The notes beneath the pieces were generated by a model that did no database searches, was not told where the DNA came from, and worked only from the letters and a program-made list of their open reading frames with translations. A program made the translations under genes and the position numbers. A stretch of DNA of 64,000 nt from Bryobacterales bacterium (GTDB lineage: Bacteria > Acidobacteriota > Terriglobia > Bryobacterales > Bryobacteraceae): assembly GCA_963810595.1 (NCBI GenBank), contig CAWEOG010000018.1, forward strand, positions 85,391-149,390, written 5' to 3'. Each line of letters starts with the position of its first letter. Positions within the stretch are counted from its first letter, which is position 1. This document shows positions 11,400 through 22,110 of the stretch, piece after piece.

Positions 11400-11735
11400 G
11401 CACACAGCGAGAACGTCGATGTTCTCTGTCGTTTAACGCCAAGAGGGGAGAGTCGTCTCCGTTTTCGGCTCAAACCTGGCAGGGCACGCCCGACAAACCA
11501 GATCGTCAGGCGGGTCACCGGAGCGGAAGTTTTCGTCGGCGAGCCACTTCACTGCTTCTTGCGCCGGGCCAACAGTCGCTGCCGAAGGCCACAAGGCGGC
11601 CACTCCTCTGGTGCGCTTCGAACATCACTTGTTCGTCACGGTCGCGCTGATCGAAGTACGCGGCCAGTTCGGAACCGTACTTCAGGTAGTAGCCGATGAC
11701 CTGATAAAAACCGGAGAGTTGGAGGCTGGGGAAAT
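11400..11735 (-). pseudogene. Decayed toxin-antitoxin pair: DUF433-like C-terminus plus a DUF5615-like toxin with several frame breaks
   Basis: My translation gives ..DFPSLQLSGFYQVIGYYLKYGSELAAYFDQRDRDEQ.., then GLRQRLLARRKKQ-stop in a shifted frame. This overlaps (GTGA) a GTG at 11552 that starts KWLADENFRSG.., which breaks down afterwards. Confidence 0.3.
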
Positions 11736-11958
11736 CTTGCCTTCGCCCGAAGGTCCCGGCGCGGCGTTACTCCGGTGCTCGCCGGCAGGGGATGTTTACT
11801 CGCAACGCGACTTTCGGTACGATCAGCAGGGCAGGGGCGCCGCGAAGGTTCCCGTTCGCGATTCGGCGCGCCTTTGGACGCGGTCGGATGACTGGTCCTG
11901 GAAAGGCTCTTGCGACCGGTGAACGAACCGTTATCCCAAGCCCCACGGGTTATGAAAT

Positions 11959-12708
11959 ATGAACAAACGCTTGATAGAAAATGACGCCATCTTTGGAATC
12001 TTCTCCAAGACAAACGATCCCTTTTTCGTGGAGATCATAGGCAAAGCCGGCTTCGAATTTGTGATTCTCGATTGCGAGCACGGACCTAATTCGCCGCGTG
12101 ACCTGTATCCGCTTGTAATGGCCTCGTGGCTCAACGGCCTTTTGCCGGTGGTTCGAGTGCCCGAATTGTCCGAGCCGGAAATTACGCGCACGCTGGACCT
12201 CGGAGTGGCGGGGATCCAAATTCCTCAGATTAGCTCGGCTGCGCAGGCTCGACAGGCCGTGGAGTGGGCCAAGTTCGCGCCCCAGGGTTCAAGAGGCGTG
12301 TGTCGATTCGTGAGAGCCGCCGATTTCTCGCTGCAAAGCCGCGCAGAGTATTTCGAACGCCAGAACGACGTTGCGGTGATCGTGATGGTGGAGGGGGTTG
12401 TCGGGATACGGAACCTCGATGCGATTCTGGAGGTAGACGGAATCGATGTTCTTTTTGTCGGGCCGTATGACCTCTCCCAGGCGCTGGGGGTAATCGGAGA
12501 TGTGGAGAACCCGCTGGTTGTGAAAGAGGTTGAAGCGATCGTCGAGAAGTGCAAGGCCCGCGGCCGGGCAGTCGGCACGTTTGTCGACAACCTGAACTCG
12601 GCCAGGCGATACAAAAAGTTGGGGGTGAAGTACCTTGCGTACTCGGTGGACGTCGGCATATTTGCCGATGCGTGCCGCAAACTCCGCGGCGACCTACGAG
12701 AGCTGTAA
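11959..12708 (+). CDS. HpcH/HpaI family 2-keto-3-deoxy-acid aldolase
   Basis: 249 aa, with FEFVILDCEHGP..VVRVP..LDLGVAGIQIPQI..GIDVLFVGPYDLS typical of the family. Confidence 0.85.
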   Translation: MNKRLIENDAIFGIFSKTNDPFFVEIIGKAGFEFVILDCEHGPNSPRDLYPLVMASWLNGLLPVVRVPELSEPEITRTLDLGVAGIQIPQISSAAQARQAVEWAKFAPQGSRGVCRFVRAADFSLQSRAEYFERQNDVAVIVMVEGVVGIRNLDAILEVDGIDVLFVGPYDLSQALGVIGDVENPLVVKEVEAIVEKCKARGRAVGTFVDNLNSARRYKKLGVKYLAYSVDVGIFADACRKLRGDLREL

Positions 12709-12953
12709 GACTCCCGTTCAAGCCTGCAAAATGCGGTGAGAGCTGAGGGACAAGCCTCGGGGATCCTGGCGAAGCCGCAAAAACTTCTCGATTTTCAAAC
12801 CTCGGCCCCTTGTGGCGCAAGATTGCAGCTTGCAGTTGGCTTTCAGCCAGCCTCCGCCGCCCACACGCCCGCGCAGACAGCTACATTCAACGCTGGTCGC
12901 GCTGCTCGACATCGACGGCCGGCCGGGATTCGCCGGGTGAGGTAAAGCGTGCG

Positions 12954-13922
12954 TTACGGTTGTGGGCCGCGGCGGCCACCGCCCCGACGCGGGCGCGGCG
13001 CCTGCTCCTCGGCCAGCAGCGCGTCAAATTCCGCGGGAGTCATTTTCAATTTTTCAGGATGAGCGTCGATCCACTTCTCGAAAGCGGCAAATTTCTCCCG
13101 GTTCCAGCCGCCTTCGAATTGCGCGCCGTTCTTGCCTTCGGTATTCAATTCAAAGTTAAAACTATCCTGAAGATTGGTGAATTCGGCGTGACTGATGGCG
13201 GCCGCCGCCAACGCCGCCGGAATAAAGATGACCCCATCCTGCTTGGCCAGCACCAGGTCGCCCGGTAATACCGTGGCCCGTCCGATGCGGATCGGAACGT
13301 TGATCCCCGTCAGTTGCATTTGAGCCCAGGCCGAGGGATCGTAACCCCGATAAAACCCGTTCAGGTTCGCAATGTGGCGGTTTTCCTCCGCATCCCGGAT
13401 GCCGGCGTTGAAAATAAAACCCGAATGGGTGTGCGCGGCGATGCCGCTTCCCAGGTTGGAGCCGATCAGGGTGCCTTCAATGACTTTTCCATAGCCGTCG
13501 GCAACCATCGTGTCGCCCATCTGAAGTTCATTGATGACCCAGCTATTGGTTCCGCTGACGCGTCCTTCCGCCCTGCCCTCGGCGCCTACGGCAGCAGCCA
13601 TGTCGGGCCGCCGCGGCATGAATTGGGCCGTCAGCGCGCGGCCGGCGAAGGGCTTCTCGAGGTGGAGAGCCTGCCAGCCGCTTTCGAACTGGTTTTGGTA
13701 GCCTTGGCCCCGCAGGTACTCCCACACGTCTTCCAGCGACACATCCAGCGCGCGCTCGAGCAGATTGTCCGCAACTTTCGGGCGGCCGTCGGGAAAGCGG
13801 TCGCCCTTCCAGTCCGAGGTGTAAAACAGGATCTGGTCTTTCGTCTGCCGGATCTGGGCGAAGGCAGTCGATGTACTGATAACCGCGCACGTGATCAAAA
13901 GTCTCGCGACGATATTTTTCAT
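12954..13922 (-). CDS. RraA-family protein with an N-terminal signal peptide and extension
   Basis: The start MKNIVARLLITCAVISTSTAFAQ looks like a Sec signal. The C-terminal part ..GDTMVADGYGKVIEGTLIGSNLGSG..PGDLVLAKQDGVIFIPAA is RraA-like. Confidence 0.75.
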   Translation of the reverse strand: MKNIVARLLITCAVISTSTAFAQIRQTKDQILFYTSDWKGDRFPDGRPKVADNLLERALDVSLEDVWEYLRGQGYQNQFESGWQALHLEKPFAGRALTAQFMPRRPDMAAAVGAEGRAEGRVSGTNSWVINELQMGDTMVADGYGKVIEGTLIGSNLGSGIAAHTHSGFIFNAGIRDAEENRHIANLNGFYRGYDPSAWAQMQLTGINVPIRIGRATVLPGDLVLAKQDGVIFIPAALAAAAISHAEFTNLQDSFNFELNTEGKNGAQFEGGWNREKFAAFEKWIDAHPEKLKMTPAEFDALLAEEQAPRPRRGGGRRGPQP

Positions 13923-14042
13923 CCAGGCCCCCTTGTTCTTCGCAGGATCACACATTCCCAGCGCAGAGAGCCGGACCGGAATCCGAAACCCCGGAGCCCG
14001 ACTCGTCATGGTGTTATTTTGTATCACATTATCCGACAGCCA

Positions 14043-15320
14043 TTACACCAGCCGCCGGCTGGGGTCGATCCAGGCCCAGCACAGGGCGCCCACCAGGTAA
14101 AGCGCCGCCGTGAAATAAAGCGGCGCGCTCCACGAGCCGAACCATTGGACGCATAGCCCCACGATCATCGGGCTGAGAACCCCGCCGATCTGGCCGGACG
14201 TGTTCATGGTGCCGCTGAGGGTCCCGGAGTACTGGCCGCCCAGGTCGACGCAGGCGCCCCAGGCGGCAGGCAGCATGAAGTTCGCCGCGGCACCGCCCAG
14301 TGCGATGAGCACAGCCGCCGAGTAAGGGTTTGACGTGAACGTGCCCGCCATCAGGCAGCCCCCGGCAACTAACAGCGAGGCTCCACCGGCTGTCGCGCGG
14401 CCCACCCTCAGCCCGAAGCGACGCGTCATCCGGTCGGTGGTGATGCCTCCCGAGATGTCTGCCAGAACGCTGAGGATCAGCGGCAGGCCGGCGAACAGTC
14501 CCAACGACACCGAAGTGAAGCCACGCACATTCTTGAGGTAAGTGGGCAGCCAGGTTACGTAGAAATTGAAACCATAGGCCTGGGTGAAGTACATCATGCA
14601 GATCAGCACCGTCATGCGGTTGGCCAGCAGCTTCTTCCAAGGTGTGCCGCTCCCGTGTAGCGCGCCGATCATGCGGCCCTCTTCGATATACCGCAGCTCC
14701 TCGTCCCCCACTTGGGCGTGCTGCGACGGTTCGTCCCGGAACCAATAGCGCCACGAGATGGCCCACACAAAGCCCACGGATCCGAAAATCATGAACAGCG
14801 CCCGCCAGGACAGATGCCCCAGCAGCGCTGTCACCAGTAATGGCGTGAGGCCGCCTCCAATGTGCGCGCCCACGAAGAAGAAGCCCTGGGCGGTGCCGCG
14901 TTCCGACAGCGGGAACCAGCGTGAGACGGTGCGAGTGACGTTGGGCCAGCAGCCCGCTTCCCCGGCCCCGAACAGGAACCGTGTCACCATCAACGAGGTG
15001 TAATTCCACGCCGCGCCGGTCAGCATGGTAAAGGTGGACCACCAGGTTACGATGCGTGTCAGTACGCGCCGCGTGCCGACACGGTCGCCCCACCAGCCGG
15101 TCGGAATTTCGAACATCGCGTAGGACAGCGTGAAAACGCTGAACACGAAGCTCATCTGGATCTGCGTCAAACCCAAATCCTTCATCATGTCGGGCGCCGT
15201 GACTGAAATGCACGTCCGATCGAGGTACGTGATCATGCCCAGTAGCACCGTCATCGCGGTCACCCGGTAGCGTATCCGCGAGCGCCCCGGTCTTGGAATC
15301 CTGATCTCGTTGCTTGCCAT
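14043..15320 (-). CDS. MFS transporter, anion:cation symporter (hexuronate/galactonate) type
   Basis: 425 aa and multi-TM, with LDRTCISVTAP..GWWGDRVGTRRVL..RFLFGAGEAGCWP. Confidence 0.85.
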   Translation of the reverse strand: MASNEIRIPRPGRSRIRYRVTAMTVLLGMITYLDRTCISVTAPDMMKDLGLTQIQMSFVFSVFTLSYAMFEIPTGWWGDRVGTRRVLTRIVTWWSTFTMLTGAAWNYTSLMVTRFLFGAGEAGCWPNVTRTVSRWFPLSERGTAQGFFFVGAHIGGGLTPLLVTALLGHLSWRALFMIFGSVGFVWAISWRYWFRDEPSQHAQVGDEELRYIEEGRMIGALHGSGTPWKKLLANRMTVLICMMYFTQAYGFNFYVTWLPTYLKNVRGFTSVSLGLFAGLPLILSVLADISGGITTDRMTRRFGLRVGRATAGGASLLVAGGCLMAGTFTSNPYSAAVLIALGGAAANFMLPAAWGACVDLGGQYSGTLSGTMNTSGQIGGVLSPMIVGLCVQWFGSWSAPLYFTAALYLVGALCWAWIDPSRRLV

Positions 15321-15573
15321 AGGAAGCCCTTATAAAAAATCTCTTTCCGCACAAACATGAAGCCGGGCCGGCCGGCCCAGGTTACACACTCCGGTGGCTG
15401 GTCGTTTCACCGGAAACACCAGGTTCGCCAAGGGGGCGGAGCTGACCGCCAGGTTCACCCTTTGTGGCAGTCGGGCGCATCAGGCTGTTCAGATCGCGGG
15501 ATCACAAATCGTTCGCCGGTCTTGAACGTGAAGGCTCCGCTGTCCGCGCGCGCCACCTCGGGCGTTTTCACCG

Positions 15574-16401
<828 letters not shown>

Positions 16402-16731
16402 GAGTATACGGCCTCAATTTCGATCAAATGGGAATCTTTCGACAACTTCAGGGGACGTTCTACAAGCATGGGAACATCGTAACCGGGAGCTCCGCTTTGG
16501 TTTTCCGGCACCCAGCCAGTATACATCCGTCCGCTTGTTAGGGGGCCGGCGGATCGACCCTCTTTCGTTCCGAGTGTCCAAACCACCGGGACCGCATCAT
16601 CTGGAGGCGGCCACCGCCACAACGACAATCGCGGATTCCCCAATCGCATCACCTGAAATCGGGATTGTTCCACCAAAGCGGAGTTGCGGATGATTCGATG
16701 CCATTCCCCGTAACTTGACCCGCTAACACAT

Positions 16732-18467
16732 TTGCGGTACTCCGGATACATGGCGTATCAGACGGGGCAGGATTCAGAGACCCACAACGTGGTTGTCATC
16801 GGATCGGGCGCGGGCGGGGCAACCGTCGCGCACGTCCTTACCGGAATGGGGATCGAGGTGACGGTGCTGGAAGCCGGGCCGATGCTCCATCCAGCCCGGG
16901 ACTTCCTGGAGCACAAGTGGCCTTACGACTTCCCGCACCGCGGCGCCGAGGACGGCGGTAAAGCTTACTTCGGCAAGGGCAAACCGTTCGGATTCTTCAC
17001 CACCACGAGCGGCGGGTGGGAGCTGGACGGGGAGCCCTACACGGTAGGCGAAGGCAGCCAATTCCGCTGGTTCCGTTCGCGCATTGTGGGCGGCCGCACC
17101 AACCACTACGGCCGCATGAGTTTCCGCTTTTCCGATTACGATTTCGCGCCGTACTCCCGCGACGGGCTGGGCAGCGACTGGCCCGTCCGGTACTCGGACA
17201 TCGCGCCCTATTACGACAAGGCCGAAGCCTTCATCGGCGTCACCGGAACGAAAGAAGGCCTCCGCAGCGCGCCCGACGGCGTGTTTCAGGAGCCGCCGCA
17301 GCCCAAGGTCCACGAACTGCTCATTCAAAGGGCGTCCCGGAAGCTCGGCATCCCCTGTATTGCGAACCGGCGCGCCGTAATAACCAAGCCGTTGAACGGC
17401 AGGCCCGCCTGCCACTATTGCGGCCAATGCGGGCGCGGGTGCATCCTGGGGTCCAACTATTCCGCAAGCCAGGTGCAGATTTTTCCGGCGCTGAAGACCG
17501 GTAAGCTGAAGCTGATCGACATGGCGATGGCGCGCGAGATTCTTACCGATGCGAACGGCCGCGTCACCGGCGTTTCCTACATCGACAAACGCACCCGGTC
17601 GGAGAAGGAGATCCGTTGCCGCGTGCTGGTGCTGGCGGCCAGCGCTTGCGAGACGGCGCGCCTGCTGCTGAATTCGCGATCTTCGCGGTTTCCGGACGGG
17701 GTTGCAAATTCCTCTGGAGTGGTGGGCCGTTTCCTGATGGACACCGTGGGCCTGAGCCTGAGCGGGTACGTGCCGGCGCTCGAAGGAATGCCTCACTACG
17801 ACACGGACGGCTTTGGCGGGGCGCATCTGTACATGCCCTGGTTCGGCCTCGGCCGGGAAGCCAAGCTGGGCTTTCCGCGCGGCTATCACATCGAGCTCGG
17901 CGGAGGCTACGAGATGCCCGAGGTGAATTCATTCCACTCGCAGGTCCGCAAATATGGATACGGCAAGCGCCTGAAGGAAAACATCCGCCGCGAGTACGGC
18001 GTTTCTGTCGGATTCTCCGGGCGCGGCGAAATGATTCCCAACCTCCACAGCTACTGCGAGATCGACCCGGATGTGGTCGACCAGTGGGGCATCCCGGTGT
18101 TGCGCTTCCATTTCGAGTGGACCGACTACGAAATCAAACAAGCGCGCCACATGGAGCAGACTTTTGCCTCGCTCATCGAAACCTTGGGCGGAAAGGTGAC
18201 GCGGCCACTCACGCCCCGGACGGCCAGGTGCCCATCTCGGTCGGCGGTGAGATTATCCACGAAGTGGGTACCGCGCGGATGGGCACCAGCCCCAAGAATT
18301 CCGCGGTGAATGCGTTTGGCCAGGCGCACGATGTGAAGAACCTCTTCGTCGCCGACGCGGCGTCGTTCGTCAGCAACGCCGACAAGAATCCAACGCTCAC
18401 CATCAACGCGCTGGCCTGGCGCACGTCCGATTACCTGGCGGAAGAGATGCGGAAAGGGAACCTTTGA
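16732..18467 (+). pseudogene. GMC-family FAD oxidoreductase, frameshift near 18190-18210
   Basis: ORF 16732..18309 has VVVIGSGAGGATVAHVL and looks real up to ..[12 protein letters not shown]. The conserved C-terminus [42 protein letters not shown] lies in the frame of ORF 17616..18467. Confidence 0.75.
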
Positions 18468-18468
18468 G

Positions 18469-19158
18469 ATGAAGCCTCCGGAAGAGAATACAAAAGCGGG
18501 CTTTTCCCGGCGCGACTGGCTGCGGCGGGCGGCGCTTTCGCTGACGGCGGCCGGCGCGGCGCCCTTGAGCCTGGCAGCCGCCCAGCACGTCCACCAGGAA
18601 GCGGCGAAGCAGGCGGGCGGGGGCAAGTACGAGCCCGAGGCGTTCAACCCGCATGAGTACGCCACGCTGGAGCGCCTGGCGGAATTGATCGTTCCGGCCG
18701 ATGCTCACTCGGGCAGCGCCAAAGACGCGGGCGCCGCGCCGTTCATCGATCTGCTTTGCAGCCAGAACCCCGAGCTGCTGCAAACATACACCGGAGGTCT
18801 GCTGTGGCTGGATGGAGAAATGCGCCGGCGCGGCGGCGCCGCTTTCCTGGATGCAAAACCGGAGCAGCAGACCAAGCTGCTGGACGACCTGGTTCAGGCT
18901 TCGCTTTCGATGGCACAACGCAAAGAGGAGGCGGAACAGGGCAAGGCTGCACCCGACGACTACTACGGCGCGCGGCCGCTCGACGACCTCTCCGGCGGCC
19001 TGAAGTTCTGGAGCTGGGTAACCCGCATGACGGTGGACGCCTTTTACACCAGCGAGATCGGCATCCAGGACCTGCAATACAAGGGCAACGGGGCATATGC
19101 GAGCTACGAGGTGCCGAAGGAAGCCATCGAGTACGCGATGAAACGGAGTCCGGTGTAG
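18469..19158 (+). CDS. Gluconate 2-dehydrogenase subunit 3 family protein (Tat signal)
   Basis: SRRDWLRRAALSLTAAGAAP at the N-terminus, plus ..FNPHEYATLERLAELIVPAD. It starts 2 nt after the end of the GMC gene. Confidence 0.8.
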   Translation: MKPPEENTKAGFSRRDWLRRAALSLTAAGAAPLSLAAAQHVHQEAAKQAGGGKYEPEAFNPHEYATLERLAELIVPADAHSGSAKDAGAAPFIDLLCSQNPELLQTYTGGLLWLDGEMRRRGGAAFLDAKPEQQTKLLDDLVQASLSMAQRKEEAEQGKAAPDDYYGARPLDDLSGGLKFWSWVTRMTVDAFYTSEIGIQDLQYKGNGAYASYEVPKEAIEYAMKRSPV

Positions 19159-19214
19159 AGCCGCACTCTTCAGGGCATCGCCGCAGAAACCGGCGTGGTC
19201 CCGTTCCCACCTCT

Positions 19215-20327
19215 TTACAGCGTGTCGAAACCGAGCACAACCCGGTTCTGTGCCCACCAACCTTTCCAGAACTCGACGTATTCGGCCGGCGTCAGCGTCG
19301 AATCTTGTCGTGGCATATACGCTCGCGTCTGCGCGGTACACAATGGTCCCCTTGGGCCTCCCTCGGGCATGTTGCCATCCTTGTCTGCGAAGAGCGTGAA
19401 AAGTCCGAAGAACGAAGCCGAGCGTAGTTGCGCTTGCGGGTCTTTGCTGTCAAGAAGCTCCGCCATCGCGGGCAGAACTGCCTTGGTTCTGATCTTCGCC
19501 AGTGCTGCTCCTGCCGCGGCATCCACGCCGGCGACATCGGTGTGGAGTTCGATCAGTCTATCGAGCACCGGAATTGAGCTCGCGCCATGAGGTTCATAAA
19601 ACAGGCCGAGTGCGTCTGTAATCCGAGGAAATCTCGGGTTGGACCGAAGATCGGCCAGGTTCTCGGCCATGAGGGAGACAGCAGCATCCGAGCCCAAGCG
19701 AATCGCCGCTGTCAGCCCGATGATCCGCTGGGTGTTGGACGTGGAATCCATTAAAGGGGAAATTGCCGCAAGCAATTCCTGCGTATCTCCGTTCTGCAAG
19801 TTGGCAAGCAGAATTTCATCCTCCAGTGTGCTTGGAGATTGCAGAGACTGATACCACCCGACCAGATAGGCGAGCAACTCCTGGTCCACTGTCTCGCCAG
19901 GCGCAGTGGCGGCAGGAGGGCCGTTTACCGGAAGGCAGAGGTCACGATCCGAATAAAGCCCCTCCACCAGCGGCAAAACCTGGTAACCAGTCGTCTCTGA
20001 CCTCAAAAACCACACTCCTCTCCGGCCGGTCACGCCAGGCGCAAGGATGCTTGGGCGCGGTAGCGGTTGATCGGACGTCGGCGGGACTACGCCGGCCACC
20101 ATCGTCATGGTCGCGCTCTGGCCCTGCAACACGCGCTCCACCCGTAATTGCACGCTCGGCAGCGCCGCCTTGTCCGTGCCAATGATCCCCTCGACAGTGG
20201 CCAATACAATGACATCCGCTCTTTTTTGGAGTACTGTGACCGGTACAGGTTTCCACTGGGCGGCTACAAGCACCACTTGGCAAACTAGCCCTCCCAACAT
20301 AGTGGCAATTCCAATTTTCCGGGGCAT
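19215..20327 (-). CDS. Hypothetical secreted protein with a helical-repeat C-terminal half
   Basis: 370-aa ORF with a hydrophobic N-terminus. It is the third gene of a same-strand trio. I recognise no motif. Confidence 0.6.
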   Translation of the reverse strand: MPRKIGIATMLGGLVCQVVLVAAQWKPVPVTVLQKRADVIVLATVEGIIGTDKAALPSVQLRVERVLQGQSATMTMVAGVVPPTSDQPLPRPSILAPGVTGRRGVWFLRSETTGYQVLPLVEGLYSDRDLCLPVNGPPAATAPGETVDQELLAYLVGWYQSLQSPSTLEDEILLANLQNGDTQELLAAISPLMDSTSNTQRIIGLTAAIRLGSDAAVSLMAENLADLRSNPRFPRITDALGLFYEPHGASSIPVLDRLIELHTDVAGVDAAAGAALAKIRTKAVLPAMAELLDSKDPQAQLRSASFFGLFTLFADKDGNMPEGGPRGPLCTAQTRAYMPRQDSTLTPAEYVEFWKGWWAQNRVVLGFDTL

Positions 20328-20338
20328 GGCCGCACCTC

Positions 20339-21553
20339 CTAGGGCGTGTTGTCTCCGTGATCTCGGTAGTACCGAAGCGTGCCAGTGTATACGTGTATCC
20401 CACTTCCATTCGTTGCGGTGCCTCCGAAGAACAGATGGGAACCGCTCAACAGCACAGTATTATAGATATATGGCGAAGCATTTTTTGTATAGGTCGGCGT
20501 AGGGTTCTGTATTGTGCCCCATTGCGCGATCATATCAGGAAAAGAGAATAGGTCCGCCCAATTCTCGAGACCCCAGTGGCTTGCTATTGGAGTTATCCAG
20601 CCTGATGAACCATTTTGGGCTGAAAACCCAGAAAAAAACGTTTCGTTCATGGGAATGGCTTTCACGAAATTCGCTGGAGAACAAGCGTCTGTTACTTCGA
20701 AGTACCAGAGCGTTAAGTACCCTCCGTTATACGGCCTAGTTCCCTCGTTTGTGTGCAGGAGAGACTTCTGAGAGTTGACTGCGACGTCGTAAAGATCCGA
20801 GGAAAAACCTCCTAGACTCACAGAGACCGCACTATCATATTGGCAATTCCCCAGGTCATTACCTTTTGTGATAAACGTCGTTGTTCCGCTATTGCTCGTA
20901 AGAACCGCTTGGTTGTTCTCCGTTATCAGCGACCATTGCGGAGTACCACTACAATGATCACCCGGGTTGCAGTTAGAGTTGAAGGTCAGCTGGACGGACT
21001 GAAAGTACTGGCTCCCATCAAGCGTCGCTTGCGGGTCAGCAGAGCCTGGGCCAAGATTCCAAAAGGAGTTGTTGTTGAAGAAACCCGAAATCGTAGGGCG
21101 TCGCACCTCCAAGTCTCCATATTCCCAACCATCCCACCCGTCGCCATAAGGGGGCTCATAGCTATCCACGCCGCAATACGTTGCGGGACAGTAGATCCAG
21201 TGGTAACCGTACGACGTGTAGGTGCCCGGACCCCACTGCGAAGGACCGACAGTGGCGACATCGTAGCCGACGTCCCCACCCAATGGACCCCAGGCAAAGT
21301 CACCGGCAGCGATCTCTTGATCATCGTTGTACAAGAATCCCTGGACCCCGGGGTACCAAAACGCGGCGCAGGCACCCGACAGGGAACTCCCCACATGTGC
21401 CCGAACTTGGTTCGCACTCAGTCGCTCAGCGTAATCATAGGTGTCCACGTAGACGCAGATCTGGGCCGACAATGGCCCGACGGTGCCGCTTAGCCACGCG
21501 ACGGCTGCGAGGAAGATTGCCAGCCGCATCCAGTTTTGTGCTCGAAATACCAT
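20339..21553 (-). CDS. Hypothetical secreted protein, rich in Trp/Tyr/Gly/Asn/Ser/Thr, with several Cys
   Basis: 404-aa ORF with the signal peptide MRLAIFLAAVAWLSGTVGPLSAQ. G+C is about 50%. I recognise no domain. Confidence 0.65.
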   Translation of the reverse strand: MVFRAQNWMRLAIFLAAVAWLSGTVGPLSAQICVYVDTYDYAERLSANQVRAHVGSSLSGACAAFWYPGVQGFLYNDDQEIAAGDFAWGPLGGDVGYDVATVGPSQWGPGTYTSYGYHWIYCPATYCGVDSYEPPYGDGWDGWEYGDLEVRRPTISGFFNNNSFWNLGPGSADPQATLDGSQYFQSVQLTFNSNCNPGDHCSGTPQWSLITENNQAVLTSNSGTTTFITKGNDLGNCQYDSAVSVSLGGFSSDLYDVAVNSQKSLLHTNEGTRPYNGGYLTLWYFEVTDACSPANFVKAIPMNETFFSGFSAQNGSSGWITPIASHWGLENWADLFSFPDMIAQWGTIQNPTPTYTKNASPYIYNTVLLSGSHLFFGGTATNGSGIHVYTGTLRYYRDHGDNTP

Positions 21554-22110
21554 TATCGTATTGCCCTCCTTTTAATACGGTTTCGAAACTCTCCGTCGAG
21601 AAAAGCCTGAAGTCGATACCAATTCGCATCGACCATGGAGCTGCGCAATTCGGCAACTATCTGCTGGATTGCCTGCCTTCGAAGCCTGTCAAACTCGAGG
21701 AGCTTCCTGATCTCAGGTGTCTGCCCCTTTTGCGTCATCCCGGCGGCGTACCCTCTGGTCTGAGCGGCGATCCTGTTCGTCGCGGATGTGGCTTTCTGGT
21801 AAGCGCGCTCCAACGCGGCAAGGTCTCCTACTTCCACATGTAAGCTCGATGCGGCCCGTTTCGTCGTTTCCACCGCTGACAAGCCCTCGGGGCTAGCTCG
21901 TCCAATTTCGGAGATTGTTCGATGGGCCTCGCGAAGATAAATGCAAAAGACGTCCGGATCGGCCACAGGAGGAGTGAAACCGCGCCGCGAAGCCGACTGC
22001 GGATTGCGGGGTGATATCGACGGTTGTTGCGCAAGCCCAGAGAAAGGCAAGAAAATACACGACATATAGACGCACACGGCAACGTTCTGGATCCGACAAT
22101 TGATCTGCAT
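21553..22110 (-). CDS. Hypothetical secreted helical protein
   Basis: 185-aa ORF with a signal-like N-terminus. Its stop overlaps the start of the 404-aa gene. Confidence 0.5.
   Translation of the reverse strand: MQINCRIQNVAVCVYMSCIFLPFSGLAQQPSISPRNPQSASRRGFTPPVADPDVFCIYLREAHRTISEIGRASPEGLSAVETTKRAASSLHVEVGDLAALERAYQKATSATNRIAAQTRGYAAGMTQKGQTPEIRKLLEFDRLRRQAIQQIVAELRSSMVDANWYRLQAFLDGEFRNRIKRRAIR

Noticed and set aside
14029-15354. 441-aa minus-strand ORF overlapping the MFS transporter in another frame
   Set aside because: The 14043..15320 frame gives a regular 12-TM-like MFS sequence. The alternative frame is Arg/His/Gly-rich.
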